A stretch of 56,351 bases of DNA, filler included, from Sphacelaria rigidula (taxonomy: Eukaryota): NCBI GenBank assembly GCA_964200075.2. It is 6 parts of 6 records of this genome, joined end to end, with 100 filler letters (N's around TTAATTAATTAA, not from the genome) between each part and the next. Parts side by side here need not be neighbours in the genome. Positions count along the whole stretch, not along the records: positions 1 to 9,309 come from CAXNAA020008783.1; positions 9,410 to 18,718 come from CAXNAA020008784.1; 4 more parts are not named here. One strand, written 5' to 3'. Numbering within the stretch: position 1 is the stretch's first letter; each line of letters starts with the position of its first letter. The notes below the pieces were generated by a model. It ran no database searches. It was not told the DNA's origin and saw only the letters and a list, made by a program, of their open reading frames with translations. A program made the translations under genes and the position numbers. Below, in pieces: positions 1 through 12,378 of the stretch.

Positions 1-1280
1 GGACCGTTTTGTAAGCATGTGCTGCACGCGCGTCTCACACAAATCTTCATTTCTCAATGAATTCTGAACAGATTTGAGCAAGGTCACGCACAACGTGCAC
101 AGCTGATGGCTCGAGCTGTGTGTTCTTGGTTTGCAGGGCCACCAAGTTCCTCAGGTTCAGCTCTGATTGTCTTAGGCGGTGTGGTAAGCCTTCGCATGCG
201 CCCCTCTCAACCGGACACGCATGTTCCCCTTCGAGGTGTCCGGATATCCCTTCTCCAGAGGGGATTTATGTGCACATTGAGGGGATTTTTTGGGGGGGGG
301 TGGTATCGCAGCGACCAATCACTGGTCGTTTTTTAAAAAGGGGATTTTGAAAAAGAGGATGATCCCCTTCCTCAAGAAGGGCCCTGACACTGTGAGGCTA
401 GTGTACAAAAATAATGATAATAATAACGATACTAGTAGTAATAATAAAAAATAGTAGTAATATTCATAATAATAATATAAATAATAATTGTGCTGGTTTC
501 CACGTGAGTTGCTGAGAAATTCGACCGAAGTCAAGAGACTACTGGGGTGGTCATCCTCCAATACATGATTTTCAAGGGCAAGGCAGATATCGGGGGAGAG
601 ATGGCATGATCCCATGCGACTACGGATTCATCCCGAGGAAGGCCTCGCGCGCGTGCACGCGCGCGGGGGAGGTGGAGAGTATGACGAAAAACAAATGAGA
701 GATGATGACACTTCCATCAAGCGCGACCAGGTATAAGCGAGATATCATTGCGCGAGTTTTTTGCGCGATACTTCGCGCATGGATTCGCCATACGATGTCG
801 TGTCGTCGCACTCGATGGAACGAACCACTCCACCGAAGTTCCAGCTCCCGGCGTACCAAAATCGAGCAGGATTGTATATTTATATTCCACGACTCTTTCA
901 ACACTTCACGGTTCTTTCATGTAATAATGACGTGATAGTGTTTTTTTTCACGCCTTATTTTTTTAGTTTCACTCGAAAGAATCTCTAGATCTCGGTAGAA
1001 GATGCAGGTCGTCCACAGGATGTTGTTAGTCGTATATTGTGGTCCGAAAGCACGAACTTCCGAGTGTAGTGTAAGGAATAGCTAAAAATTAAATAACATG
1101 GGGGCTATTCGATTGTTAACAAGAACGATTGAGATTGTGTGATCAAGCGAAGATATTAAAGAGCCCGAATCTTGGCCTGTGTACTCGTAGGACCCCAGAC
1201 GACAAGTTTGCCCGTTAATCGCTCAAAATTTGATCGTAAAAATCCCGTCACCCTCGGAATATCTGTCGGACACGAACATT

Positions 1281-1420
1281 TATTGATTGATTTTTCATTG
1301 ATTCATTTATTGATTCATTGCCGCACTTTATAACTGACCCCCCCAGGGATCCAGCCGCGGTCACATCATGGACGTACCCGAGACGAAACAAAACTCAAAC
1401 ACTCGCTGAAGGAAAAAAAA
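1281..1420 (-). mobile_element. Retroelement (LINE/SINE) 3' tail ending in (TCAA)n-like repeats
   Basis: TTGA-rich run followed by 'aactgaccccccagggatccagccgcggtcacatcatggacgtacccgagacgaaacaaaactcaaacactcgctg'. A close copy lies at 15486-15600 in another contig. Confidence 0.6.
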
Positions 1421-1852
1421 AAAACATAAAGGCTAGAAACAGAACACCATAGTAGACTACGGCGTGAAGAGGAAATAAATAAAAATAAGAAAATAAGAGA
1501 AATGGCCGGTCTCTGCCACATAACTTCGGCGGAAAAGATTGCGGCTCATCTACCGCGACCCCTCTACTTAGGGCGTGGACCCTCTTATTCACGAACAAAA
1601 ACAAGGAAGTGAGGTACTCCACAGCTCTGGCATTTACCGATCCCCAGTTTTTGGCATCAAACGTTTGACGCGATGAAAAACGCAAGTTATGGTAGTATTT
1701 AGCCGAAATACCTGAAGAAGTCGCTCCGAACAGAAAAATAATCCTTCAGATGATGATTATTTGTCGTTCAACAACATCCATTTTTCACGCACCACTCATT
1801 CTTCCTCTTTCTTCCTCACGGTATACATTTTACTTGAAAATATCCAACGCAG

Positions 1853-4605
1853 GGAGCGAGATCCGACGGTTGATTATAAGCTGGAGCATCGAGAGATACT
1901 GGTACCGGTAAGCCCCATGCCGTTGCCTACAATCCCTCTTGCGCGGGGCGTCCCCCAACGATTCCGTAATTTTTGTGCAGTAGAGAGCGCCCCTTCATGT
2001 TGTGTCGTGTTTATTTCTACGCTACTACTTTGCGGAGCTCCATTTTCGAGTGATCTAAGGCTACAAAATGTGCAAGTATTAGTAGGTTTGGGCTGACAAT
2101 TGGGATCTGAAGAGCCACGTGAATGAATGTACGCTGGTTAGGCGATGGATTGGTAGACGCCCCGTAGCCCGACACCATGCATGAGAGTGTGCCTGTGGTT
2201 ATCCCTGCAATCAGGTAAGAATAACGACACAGCAGTAGGGTGCGGCAACTGAACTGGTGCGAGAAGGTATGGCAAGCTTTGACGGTTGCGGGGGGAAAAG
2301 CAGTGCGCCGATGGCCTCTTGGGGGTTTTTTATTCATTTTTTCGACCATGGTGGCGTACTTCGTATCTCGTAACTGCGAGGTATTCGGGGGCGATCACAA
2401 GACACGAAATGATCTTACCCGACCCTTTCCCCCGAAGGTCATGGGTTTATAGAGGGATGATGGTATTGGTATGATCGCGTAGGTAACCACCAACCTTTTC
2501 GGTATGCGAATGGCCGATTGACATAGTCATCGAGTCAGCTGGTAATGCTGTACGAACGAGGACTTGACCCTTTCATGGCACTCTCTTGATTTTGTCGATA
2601 CGATATACATGTTTTTGCCGTGAATGGGGGGCAGGGGAGGTTGTCGCACAGCAGGGGAGGGGGGGGGAAAGGGTACATCCCAAATGCTGCGAAATGTAGA
2701 AACCCCTCAATGGCGTTTGTCGACGGTAGGTCGGGGACGGCTACCCTTGGCTGTACGTACTTGCAGGGAAATTTCCACGTGTCATTTTTTCTCTGCACCA
2801 TGGTGGGTGACGGATGACGCTGCGTATCAAGCTCTCTGATGACCTGCGCACTGTACTCTGTCGTGACAACTGGTAGTATGCCAATCCATACGAATCGGGA
2901 GGCTGCGGGTACTCGTCGTTTGAATCAGGTCTAGATACAGCGTGAGTCGTGACTGGGAATACACGCGGATCGGGATTGCTTCAGCTGGTGATGTGAAAGT
3001 GGGCGGCATCGACGGCACAATACAGATGGCAGCTGAACACAACATGCTTGAGAGCATGAACCGCCATAACAACACTTGGCGTGGCCCGTTGCTGTGCTGT
3101 TGTCGTGTTCGAGCTTCCTTCCGCCCGCATTGCGTTATTGCTTTGGCTACATCGTTTCCCGCTGTTTGTACCCCCATTACGAGAGAAGGGTTAGGTACAA
3201 GAACAATGGAACGAACCAGATTTGAAATGACTAGTGTCGCGGAGGAGGGGTAGGTGAAAGTCGCGGTAGACTTAATACGAGAAAAACAACATGTGTGGGT
3301 GTGTGCGGGAATGTCAAAACGTTGTTCACCTGAGCTGCTGAACTCTTTCGCTATGATTACGTGTGAGATTAAGCATTATTCTACGACATGGGGAACAACT
3401 TTTATCTTGGGATCTGCAGTCCGCAGTCCATGGTGTATCATCAGTCACACGACAGACAGCTTGTTTGTATCACGTCGCAACACAACAGTGCTGCTCTGAC
3501 ATGCATGTTACACTTCGCCATTCGTACCATCTCTTGCGCGGCGCCTCAACCTCAACAATGGGCCAGGATTGGGTCGATTGTCGATCCGAAACCGTCTCGA
3601 AGGATTCGCCAGGTGAATCGGTCGACACGTTCGAGTTGAAGATCGCGAATCTCAACCCGTCATCTTCATATATATTTCGTCTGTATATCGTGGCGGGCGA
3701 CGGACAGCTACTTGGACCGGGGCCTGAAGTTGCGTTTGACACAGAAGGTACGAACAGTACGTTCCGGACTACCACGCCGTGTTGGGTAGAGTGTCTGCCA
3801 AATAATGGAACAGGTCGAGGGTTTTGCCACCACACGTCGGTTGGCGCAAGGTAGCGAAAGAACCAGGAAAGATGCAGCGCTTCTGATAAGATTCAGCGGT
3901 ATTTTGTAGCACCAATGTAACGCCCCCCCCCCCCCCCCCCCCCCCCGCCGCCCACCCCACCCGCGCCCAAAACACCGGGAGAGCAGGGGCAGGGGGGGCG
4001 CCCGGAGTAACACCCCGGCCTCTGTNNNNNNNNNNGGAAGCGTTTCTGAGAAAAACTCGGCGTATTTTGTAACACCAATTTTACCCCCCCCCCCCCCCCC
4101 CCCGCTGTGGCCAAACTGGCCTACCGATGACATTATTGGGGGCGAGAGGTTGCGGGTTCGAACCCCGAGTTAGACGCCCTTTTTGTGCAGAATTTGCTTT
4201 TCCGTCGTTGGAAGCGTGGGGGCGACGGTGTTCAAGGGAATTTGTTTGACGCGAGTCCACGCGGTGCGGGAGTGCCGATTCAATCCATGGTACCGAAGCA
4301 TTTCAGGCAGGTACGAGGGGGGAGATGGCTTGATTCCTCGAGATTGTGGACTCGTCCCATGAAATAGGAGGCGGTTAGGAGCATGACGAGAGTAAAGAGC
4401 AAAACGTTTGTACCCTAGACCACCACTGCCTCTAGCGTTGCTTTTTCTGTGGAAGGATGTGTGGGTGAATATCACCGACCCTGTTCGCCCGCCGTTGGAT
4501 CCTGCGCCTGCCGCCTGCCGCCTACCGCCTGTAATACGGAACTTTGTCCAATGCGCAGTTGTATCGTGCGCCCCAAAGTCGAAGACCTGCTGCACAATCG
4601 CATGA
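1853..4605 (+). CDS. Fibronectin type III domain protein with C-terminal CaaX box; 5'-partial; exons 1853-1907, 2168-2214, 2929-2998, 3567-3747, 4559-4605
   Basis: Five AG/GT-bounded exons with compatible phases splice to ERDPTVDYKLEHREILVP-PDTMHESVPVVIPAIR-SRYSVSRDWEYTRIGIASAGDVK-DWVDCRSETVSKDSPGESVDTFELKIANLNPSSSYIFRLYIVAGDGQLLGPGPEVAFDTE-VVSCAPKSKTCCTIA*. 'IANLNPSSSYIFRL' matches the FN3 LxPxxxYxFR signature. The last two exons are the best supported. Confidence 0.75.
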
Positions 4606-5459
4606 GGGGGCTCATCTCGCTTTTGTGAGGCCCTGGGAATGACGCGTCGGAACCCCTGCAGGTGGGGTGGGGGCAACGTTTACGCCACAGAAATCACCTC
4701 TAACTGCGCGCGCTGTAATATTGACATGCAATAATATGTGCTGCAGACGTTCGAGTATTGCGCACAAGCACGAGCGCTGCCATTCCGCGCACCGTTGTAT
4801 ATGTACAGTAGACTGCGGTCGGGTAACTGAGTTGAGGTACCCATAAATGTGGTACGAGTACCTGCCCAACGTTCCGGAGGAAGACTGACCCAAGCGTCCT
4901 TGTTTTCCGTGTTCCACGCAGTAGGGGAACTGATTGCTGTTTTCGTGGTCCGTTGTGACACCTGGATTCATCGGTACGAGTTACGAGAGCGATGAGGGCT
5001 CTATCGCAGCGGTACCCAATGCGGGATGTCAACACTGGTGGGGTGCGTTTTGATGGAGTGGATGTGTTCGTTGGATTTTCGTGTGTTTCGACAACGTTTC
5101 CCACTCTCTGTGTGTGTTGTTCCTGTCGTTTTTGTGCGTACCAGTATGTGGTGTACGTGGAATACTGCCCTTTCTGCGGTGCGTTTGAATGGTGAGAAGC
5201 GTTTGTTTTGTTGTTTTCTCTTATCGCCGAAACGTAGTGTCCTTGTTTTCTCGTCGTTAGATACACCTCGTCCTTCTGGCCTTTGGCCGTACACGGCGTG
5301 GTCGTTATGTTGGTATGTGGTTTTCCGAGTGCTTGCAGTGTTGAGCGTGCATTTACCGCTGATAGATTTTTGTTTTCTCAGGTGCGGGTATGGTACTCGC
5401 GAGAGCGTTGTGTCGCGGTGGAACCCTTGCTACGATGCAACGGTCGTGTGGGGTCCGTG

Positions 5460-5545
5460 GGGAGGGGGGTAGACGTTTGTTGCTTGCCTTAGTCGTTTGA
5501 CTATTTGACCACGCATCCCTTTCGAGATGTTTCTGCCATACAGTA
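5460..5545 (-). mobile_element. LINE 3'-end fragment (same family as 21420-23866)
   Basis: 'tttgttgcttgccttagtcgtttgactatttgaccacgcatccctttcgaga' matches ~21440-21490 and ~46655-46710; G-run (C-rich tail on minus strand) at its 3' end. Confidence 0.75.
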
Positions 5546-7663
5546 GGGGTGGGGGGTGGGGGGAGGGGGTAGTTTTAGTTGTTGATGGGCTCGGGACTCT
5601 ACACGATGCTGGTCGGTGTCAGGTCTTGCATTTTTAGACAAGATCTGAAGAGTAAGTGGGGATAGAGAGCTGGGCATAGAGAGCTATGTTGTCTCTATAA
5701 TTGCCAGAAGAATGTCGATACATGTTTCCATGGGCTGCAAAGGCACGTGACAACGGAGTTGTTCTCATACATTGACTTTCGCCGAGATCGCGAAGAACGG
5801 GTGGTTTTGCACCAAATTGCCGGGTGAAGCTCCTGCTCTTGCGCAGCATACGGTGTGGAGCTACCTTCGGCAGTGCCTCTGGCAGCGCAGGAACTCAGGC
5901 AGATGACGTTCCTCTTTACCTTGCGTTTTCCACCTGTACAGCTCTCCCTTCAGCATAGATGTTACACCATCAGGGCAAAGCAACCTACGACGCTGTGCTG
6001 GTTATACAAACGCGCGTTAAATATGAAAATAGAAAATGCGTATTACAGGTAAAAAAATATGAGAACCCACGGTACTTCGCTGCAATGGTGATTGCGCCCT
6101 TCGAGCGTTTGGCAGAACCACACTCGCACTGACGTGCATGACGCTGACAGTCGAAGTATGATCCACGCTTCGAATGGTAGTCGAATCTCGTTTTTTTCGT
6201 GGAAATGTTCTGGACCGTAGTGCGTATCCTGGCCCGGGATGGCTCATGACATTTGGGGGACGTGAAAATTGAAAGTGTGAAGCGTGGTATGTACGAGGGA
6301 AACAAACAACATCGGCGCGTCGGCGCGGCGCTGATTTTGGGACGTTACCGCGCCCAGCGCCGAAAAATTGTCTGTGCGATCGGCGGCGTGCCGCCGATTT
6401 TATTGCGAGGGCCGTCAATCATATTCAAGGGTGTATGGGATAATTTGAGGAGGACGATCTGACGCCTGACCCTATCTAAGAAACTTGAGCACCACATGAC
6501 AGTGGGCCTGGTGCTGAAGAAGCACGAACGAACACAGCCACCAGCAAAAACATCAACCGTACGATTTTTCCTGATGACAACGGCCATTTATTGCAATTTT
6601 GGAAGAGTAAAGAGTACTATCATCAACCACCCGTGCTGCTGCCATTGCGAACCCATATATGTAAACACTGATCGCACACCGAAGTTCTGCGTTTTTTCGC
6701 GAGCATCATGTCTTCCGACGTTCGTTCCCCGTGTCGACTCCTCGATTTCGGAAGTTTCGATGCGCTAGATACTAGGACAAACGACGAAAATGACACGTGA
6801 CCCTGGATCTTTTCGTTCTCTGGGGCTCCCTCCGGGGAGGGCCTCCGGCGATCCCAGTGCCGATCCTGCCGGAGGCCTACTTCCCGGCACTGGGCCCTCA
6901 GATAGGGGCAAGAATCATGAGTGGATTTTTTTCGATCATAGTCTTTGAATACATCAAAATGCGGCAACCTTTCTTCAATCAGATGAGAAAAATCCTCCCC
7001 TGGTGAGTACTGGGCTTTCCAAATATTGCAAGTGAAAGCCGAGGGTAAAGCGACTTTCAGAGTAGAAGTTTCCTATTTCCCGATTTCTTTTTTTTTTTTG
7101 TGGTTTCATGCGGCGCACTTGAGAAGAGATCACCCTGAGACAGGGGCCGTTATCCGGTAGGACCGTTTAAATCCGAAATGCATGACGCGCTGTTGTGTCC
7201 CCTATTTCGGAAGGTTGTTGTTCGTCCCAGAAGATGAAAATTTGATTTGGAGAAGCTTCTGACCGCAAGAAGCAGAGGCACTAACTATATGTTTCAAATC
7301 GAACTTTCGACAGAGAGAAGGCTGACCCAGTTTGTCATGCATACGACAAAATGTCATGAAGTCATACCGGGCGAAGGCCTGGAGACGAGCACAGTATCCT
7401 CAATGGTAGGTGGTCGGTACTGGTGCTGCCATCTCTTTATGTGGCGCCCGGATTTCCGCCATCGCTTAAACGTACTACATGCTGCTACACGCGCGGCATA
7501 CCCGTCGACCATACACCACTTCGAACGCATGCTGGCACTACAATACCCGACCCTCACCCATCAGCTGCTCTAGCCGCAACTATTACAACACCCTTGCTGT
7601 ACTTGATTGCGAGCGGTTGCTACAGTGAAATTCCCATGCATGGGAAATGATCCCTACCGCCAA

Positions 7664-8095
7664 GAACAGCCGATCATCGAAATTTAGGATAGAGCTTTCC
7701 ATTGAGGATGAGAACCCGGAGGATTAAAATCTTCGTGTCCGTACCAAATCTTGGAAATATGACTCTATTCCTCCACCTATTGGTAGCTATTGACAACTGC
7801 TACACGCCCTACAAATCTGGATGCCGATAGCCGAAATGTTGGGGTCCTAGGTGAAAATCCAATCTCGTGGAATTTCGGCGATTCGCTCGTATTGTTTCTT
7901 CATCTATTATAGGACCCCAACACTTCGGTTATCGAAATTCACATTTGTAGGGCGTGTGGAAGTTATCAATAGCTACCAATAGGTGAAGGAATGGAACCAC
8001 ATTTTCAAGATTTGGTGCGGATACGAATATTTCAATCCTCCGGGTTCCCATCCTCAATGAAAAGCTCCATCCTCAAATTCGATGATCGGTTGTTC
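7664..8095. mobile_element. Foldback/MITE with ~190-bp inverted arms
   Basis: 7664-7850 (gaacagccgatcatcgaaatt...gttggggtccta) is an imperfect reverse complement of 7910-8095 (taggaccccaac...aattcgatgatcggttgttc). Second family member at 26193-26620. Confidence 0.8.
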
Positions 8096-9234
8096 AAGCG
8101 CAACATCAGCGGTGAGGGAAACCGCAGAAAACGAGGAAACCGTGATATTACAGGAACCTTGCTAGTCCCGACAATTTCGGAGATCTTCGAAAAAACAGTT
8201 TTGATCATAATGGATCTAAATGGGATAGGGTTTAGACTGTACTCTGGCGAGCCTTGCCGAGTACTTGTTGCGAGTGTTGTGCCATGGCAGAACGAGAATA
8301 TTGTAGTCGCAACACCGCTCTCTTTCGACAGAACGCGTCTACGACTACACATGGAGGAAGATACCTTACCTGATGCGTGGTGGGCTCATGCAACACGCCG
8401 GTAAACCGGCAGTACTGTACTACTTCCTCTGTCCCATAGGTAAGGTCCGTTATGATCACACGGACCCTCAACCGTGTCCAGTGCCGTAGGCGATATACAT
8501 ATTTGAAATATTCACGGGTTTTTTAGTTGAATTTCATTTTTTTCTTCTGTTTGCGCAGCAGCCAGCGTGCCTGAACGGCCGATAAACGATCACTCGCCTC
8601 CCCAAATGGCCATATTTCGCCCCTTTACCAGAACAAAGAGAAGAATCCTGGAAACCCGGAAAACGGCAAAAATCGCGAGAAGACATAACCGGCTCTTTTT
8701 CTCCGGTTCATTGCTGGCATACGATAGCTACGGCTAGTCTGAAACCACTCGTTTACATTGCAGCCTCCAATTCCTTCAAAACAAGCCAAAATCGTCGAAA
8801 TTTGGCCGGAAATGTACAGATTGGTCGAAATTTGGTCGAAATTTGGCCATGTTTGACCCAACGATTCTAAGGGTGGAGATCGATTATTATATTTTTGATT
8901 TTTCCAGTGGCATCTCCACAACAATATATTTTCAACGAACCTAACCATGACATCGTGAGCACCTCCGCTGGCGAGGTACGGCCTATCCCCCATAAATGAC
9001 TTTACTTATGGGACAGAGGAAGTATACTCTCTGCACTGTACTGTGCTGTTCTTGTGAAATCGTGCATGTTTTCAACATGGTTGCGGTTCCCCGACACTCC
9101 TCGCTCCTTCTGGAATAATTACCCACGCTCCCAAATGCCCGCTTCACACCCATACCAGCATAACAACATGAGGCCGACACGTACAAGCGATGCATGTCTC
9201 CCGACAGTGCGCCGCGGCTCGTTTTAGTTGCTCC

Positions 9235-9309
9235 CCGGCCTGGTCCGGCGAGAACCCGGCGTGCTCCATCCCGGCTTTGTAGGGGCGGAACCCCGATGGT
9301 GTTGGCGTC
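9235..9309 (+). mobile_element. LINE 3'-region fragment (second subfamily)
   Basis: 'gcctggtccggcgagaacccggcgtgctccatcccggct' matches 13490-13530; its reverse complement 'ccctacaaagccggga' occurs at ~46927-46942. Confidence 0.55.
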
Positions 9310-9409
9310 NNNNNNNNNNNNNNNNNNNNNNNNNNNNNNNNNNNNNNNNNNNNTTAATTAATTAANNNNNNNNNNNNNNNNNNNNNNNNNNNNNNNNNNN
9401 NNNNNNNNN
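9310..9409. other. Artificial contig linker (44N-TTAATTAATTAA-44N)
   Basis: Six-frame-stop spacer flanked by Ns, identical at all five junctions. Confidence 0.98.
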
Positions 9410-9853
9410 TCTTTCGGTGTACATTTTTAGCAGTTGTGGCGTCCCCCCCCCCCCCCCCCCAGTGCCCAAGGTAGTGTTAATTGGTTTTATCGGGCGATAT
9501 GACGTAGATACCCCGTTGGAGGGTATTCTTGACCGTGAAACACAGTTTTTCGGCTCTAGGGCAACGAGTAGGAAGAGTTTGAAAACGAAGCTTGTACATT
9601 TCTCCACAAATACGATCGGGACAGGCTCGATCGACCGGAAATACCCAAGAGTCAGAACCTGGGCTGAAACGCGTCAGGACCCCCGATGACCGGTCAGCCC
9701 GTAAGTCACTCAATGTCGAAATACATATATGTTTTTTTCTTGGACTGTGAAGCGGATACAAGCATCTTCAGATCCACAATGTGATAAGCGGTGGCGAGCG
9801 AAATAATCTCAGAAAATCGCCAATTACGAAGAAATTGCAGAATGAATAATTCA

Positions 9854-10140
9854 GGCGCCCAGTACTGTAGGTTGGCGCGTGCACTGCGCCAAGTTGACTG
9901 GGGGTTTTAGTGGGTCGGACCCACACACTCTTTGAGGAAAGCTTGCAGTCGCTGAAGGCTCCTACCCCACATGACTGCCGTGAGGCAGTCTAGCCGAGCC
10001 TTAGGGTAATCGGCCCACGGACGCGCTTGCTGGGGTTTGTATTGGGTCAGGTTTCCTCCTTCCTTCACGGGGAAAACGAAAGGTATACATATCGATCTAT
10101 CTATCTATATATAGATACATATATATATATATATATACAT
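9854..10140 (+). repeat. Highly structured ~230-nt element with TA-rich tail (SINE-like or LINE 3' UTR)
   Basis: Stems: cccagt/actggg enclosing ttggcgc/gcgccaa; gtgggt/acccac; gactgcc-GTGA-ggcagtc; gccga/tcggc; long-range gaggaaa (9934) / tttcctc (10052). Followed by a (TA)/(CATA)-rich tail. Confidence 0.5.
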
Positions 10141-10347
10141 AACAACCCTCCATACATACCACGGCACGCTGTGGCAGATGTTAATACGACTACGAACATA
10201 CGTGAAAACGTTGCGGGTCCTCAACGCACACCTGAGTGTATGTTACCCTGTCTATGCGGTGAACAGTATTCCACACATCAGATCTTCACACCTTCAGGGA
10301 CTCAAACCCAATCGGCGATTCCCAGATATCAAATACCCCATGCTTAC

Positions 10348-10877
10348 ATTGGCGCCCGTCGAATCCAGCCCTTCCACCTCGCCCAATACGATGTCATCCA
10401 TCCGGAATGGTCGCACCTGCCCCGGGAGAAGGACAGGGCGGGCGGAGACGAAGAAAAAAATATAATTTTCTTGTTTTTCGAATGTAACTCGAGGAGTCAT
10501 GAGCAGCTATCAACACATGGTGGTAGGGCCATGTGAACAACAGAGACCGGAATATATGTGTGTGTGTGTGCATTTCAATTTCCTACATCAAATGCTAGTT
10601 TTGCTGCAGCCATACACAGCTATTAGCACATTGTGGTAGGGTCACGTGAACATGAAAAAATCATTTTTCTCTTCTTTTCTTTTTTTGTTTCGTGTGAAAA
10701 TTCCCTGTAGTAATGTTGGTTCTTGCCTTGCTTTGTTTTAGGTTTTTTCCTGTTTCTCTCTCCTTTTCGGTTGCAAGAGACGGAGAGACAGAGAGATGGG
10801 TTAGTCAATCACTCGCTCGCGAGGGAGGAAGGAAAGGAAACGGATAGATGGAAAAGTATGACGGGATTTCTTTTTGC

Positions 10878-10908
<31 letters not shown>

Positions 10909-12347
10909 CCGACAGTGCGGGACCCTCACCTTCCGAAAAAATGAACTTTTTGGTATTCTCCTCCTCCCTCTCTTCTTCACTAGCTGCATGACGGAGAACC
11001 ACGCACAGTCACTCGCGCGGTAGTACATTGCAACTTGTTTTGTTTCGTTTTTATTCTTCACGAAATAGTGTACGCTGTGGACGTTTTTTTGGCCTCCCTT
11101 TACTGTCCCCCGACCACCCCTGTCCTACTATATAAGTAGTGCTCCGTCAAGAGTACGCACAGCTATGGGAAAAATAATGTTGCGTGCGGAAAAAACACCA
11201 TCCTCAGACCGTTTTTTGCGGCTCATGATTTTCAGGGCTCTTTACGTTACACGTCACAACTTAATGTTACACGTCACAAAAATCGTTACACGCAGAACCG
11301 TGTGTAAAGTCAAGTCAAATCAAATCAAGCCTCGGGCCTGGCTAGTACTACGGTAGGGGATCACGTAGGCGCCCCAACCGTAGTACTAGCCAGGCTTAAC
11401 TTGTGACGTGTAACGAACTTTGTGACGTGTAACGTCAAGAGACCTTGTAATTTTCGGGGGTCGTATTTTTCACTTTGGGAACATTTCACACTGTTCTTGG
11501 TCGCGAAGACAGAGGATATCGCCATCACGCGTCTTGGACACTCTGCATTGCCACACCGAGAGGAGTCTGGCTCGATTTTCCGATTCGTTTGGCTCCGAGG
11601 TTTCGACAACGGCCTCCGGACAAAATCACGCCACCGGCGAAAATGCCTGCAGACACCGCCTTTCAATTTCTAGCCGTGATTCTGTGCAGAGGCCGTTTAC
11701 ACCGTATTCTATGTTCTAGCCGTGATTTGTCCTGAGGCCATTGTCGAAACCTCGGAACCAAGCAAATCGAAAAAGTGGGCTAGACTTCTCTCGGTGGGGC
11801 GAATCAAAGTGTCCAAGACGCATGATGACGATATTTCCTGTTTTAGGTCCAAAGACCGAGTCAAAAAGTCTCAGCAGTGAAAAACGCGATCCCTACTATA
11901 TCCGAGCCCTAAGAAACGATCCGATGCATGAAACATTTCCTCCATTCCAACTTCCCTCTTGCATATTTCAGTTCATACCTGAGATAGCGGCTGCTTCATG
12001 AGACGGAAATCGTGAAGTCGAATCTCCAGAATGCCCACGTGCTTCGGCACCGACTCTCCTTCGCACAGGGACGTAGCTACCGAGGAACCCGGTTGTGCGA
12101 TGCGGAAAGTTCCAACCAATGACTCGATCGGATCAATCTGCGAGTTTAATTAACACAGCCGGGATAATCGAGCGATTGGTAAGAAAAATAAATAAGAAGG
12201 GGGGGGGGGGGGGGGCAGATCACTCGTTGGGGGAAGGATTGCAAAAATCCGTACTATTAATAGTACCAAAGCAAATAATAATATTTTTTTATNNNNNNNN
12301 NNAAAATACAGAAAAAAAAAGAGGGATGGAAAAAAAAAAAAAAAAAA

Positions 12348-12378
<31 letters not shown>

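Noticed and set aside
3880..4110. Direct repeat (gtattttgta.caccaat plus poly-C) on both sides of an N gap
   Set aside because: Looks like low-quality overlapping contig ends at a homopolymer; probable assembly artefact.
7311..8400. Two exon-like segments after ctttcgacag acceptors (RRLTQFVMHTTK...; RVYDYTWRKIPYLMRGGLMQHA)
   Set aside because: No recognisable domain and phases uncertain; cannot be supported without transcripts.
9934..9945. GAGGAAAG resembling the RNase P/MRP P4 strand
   Set aside because: Lacks the GUC continuation and the matching 3' P4 strand.
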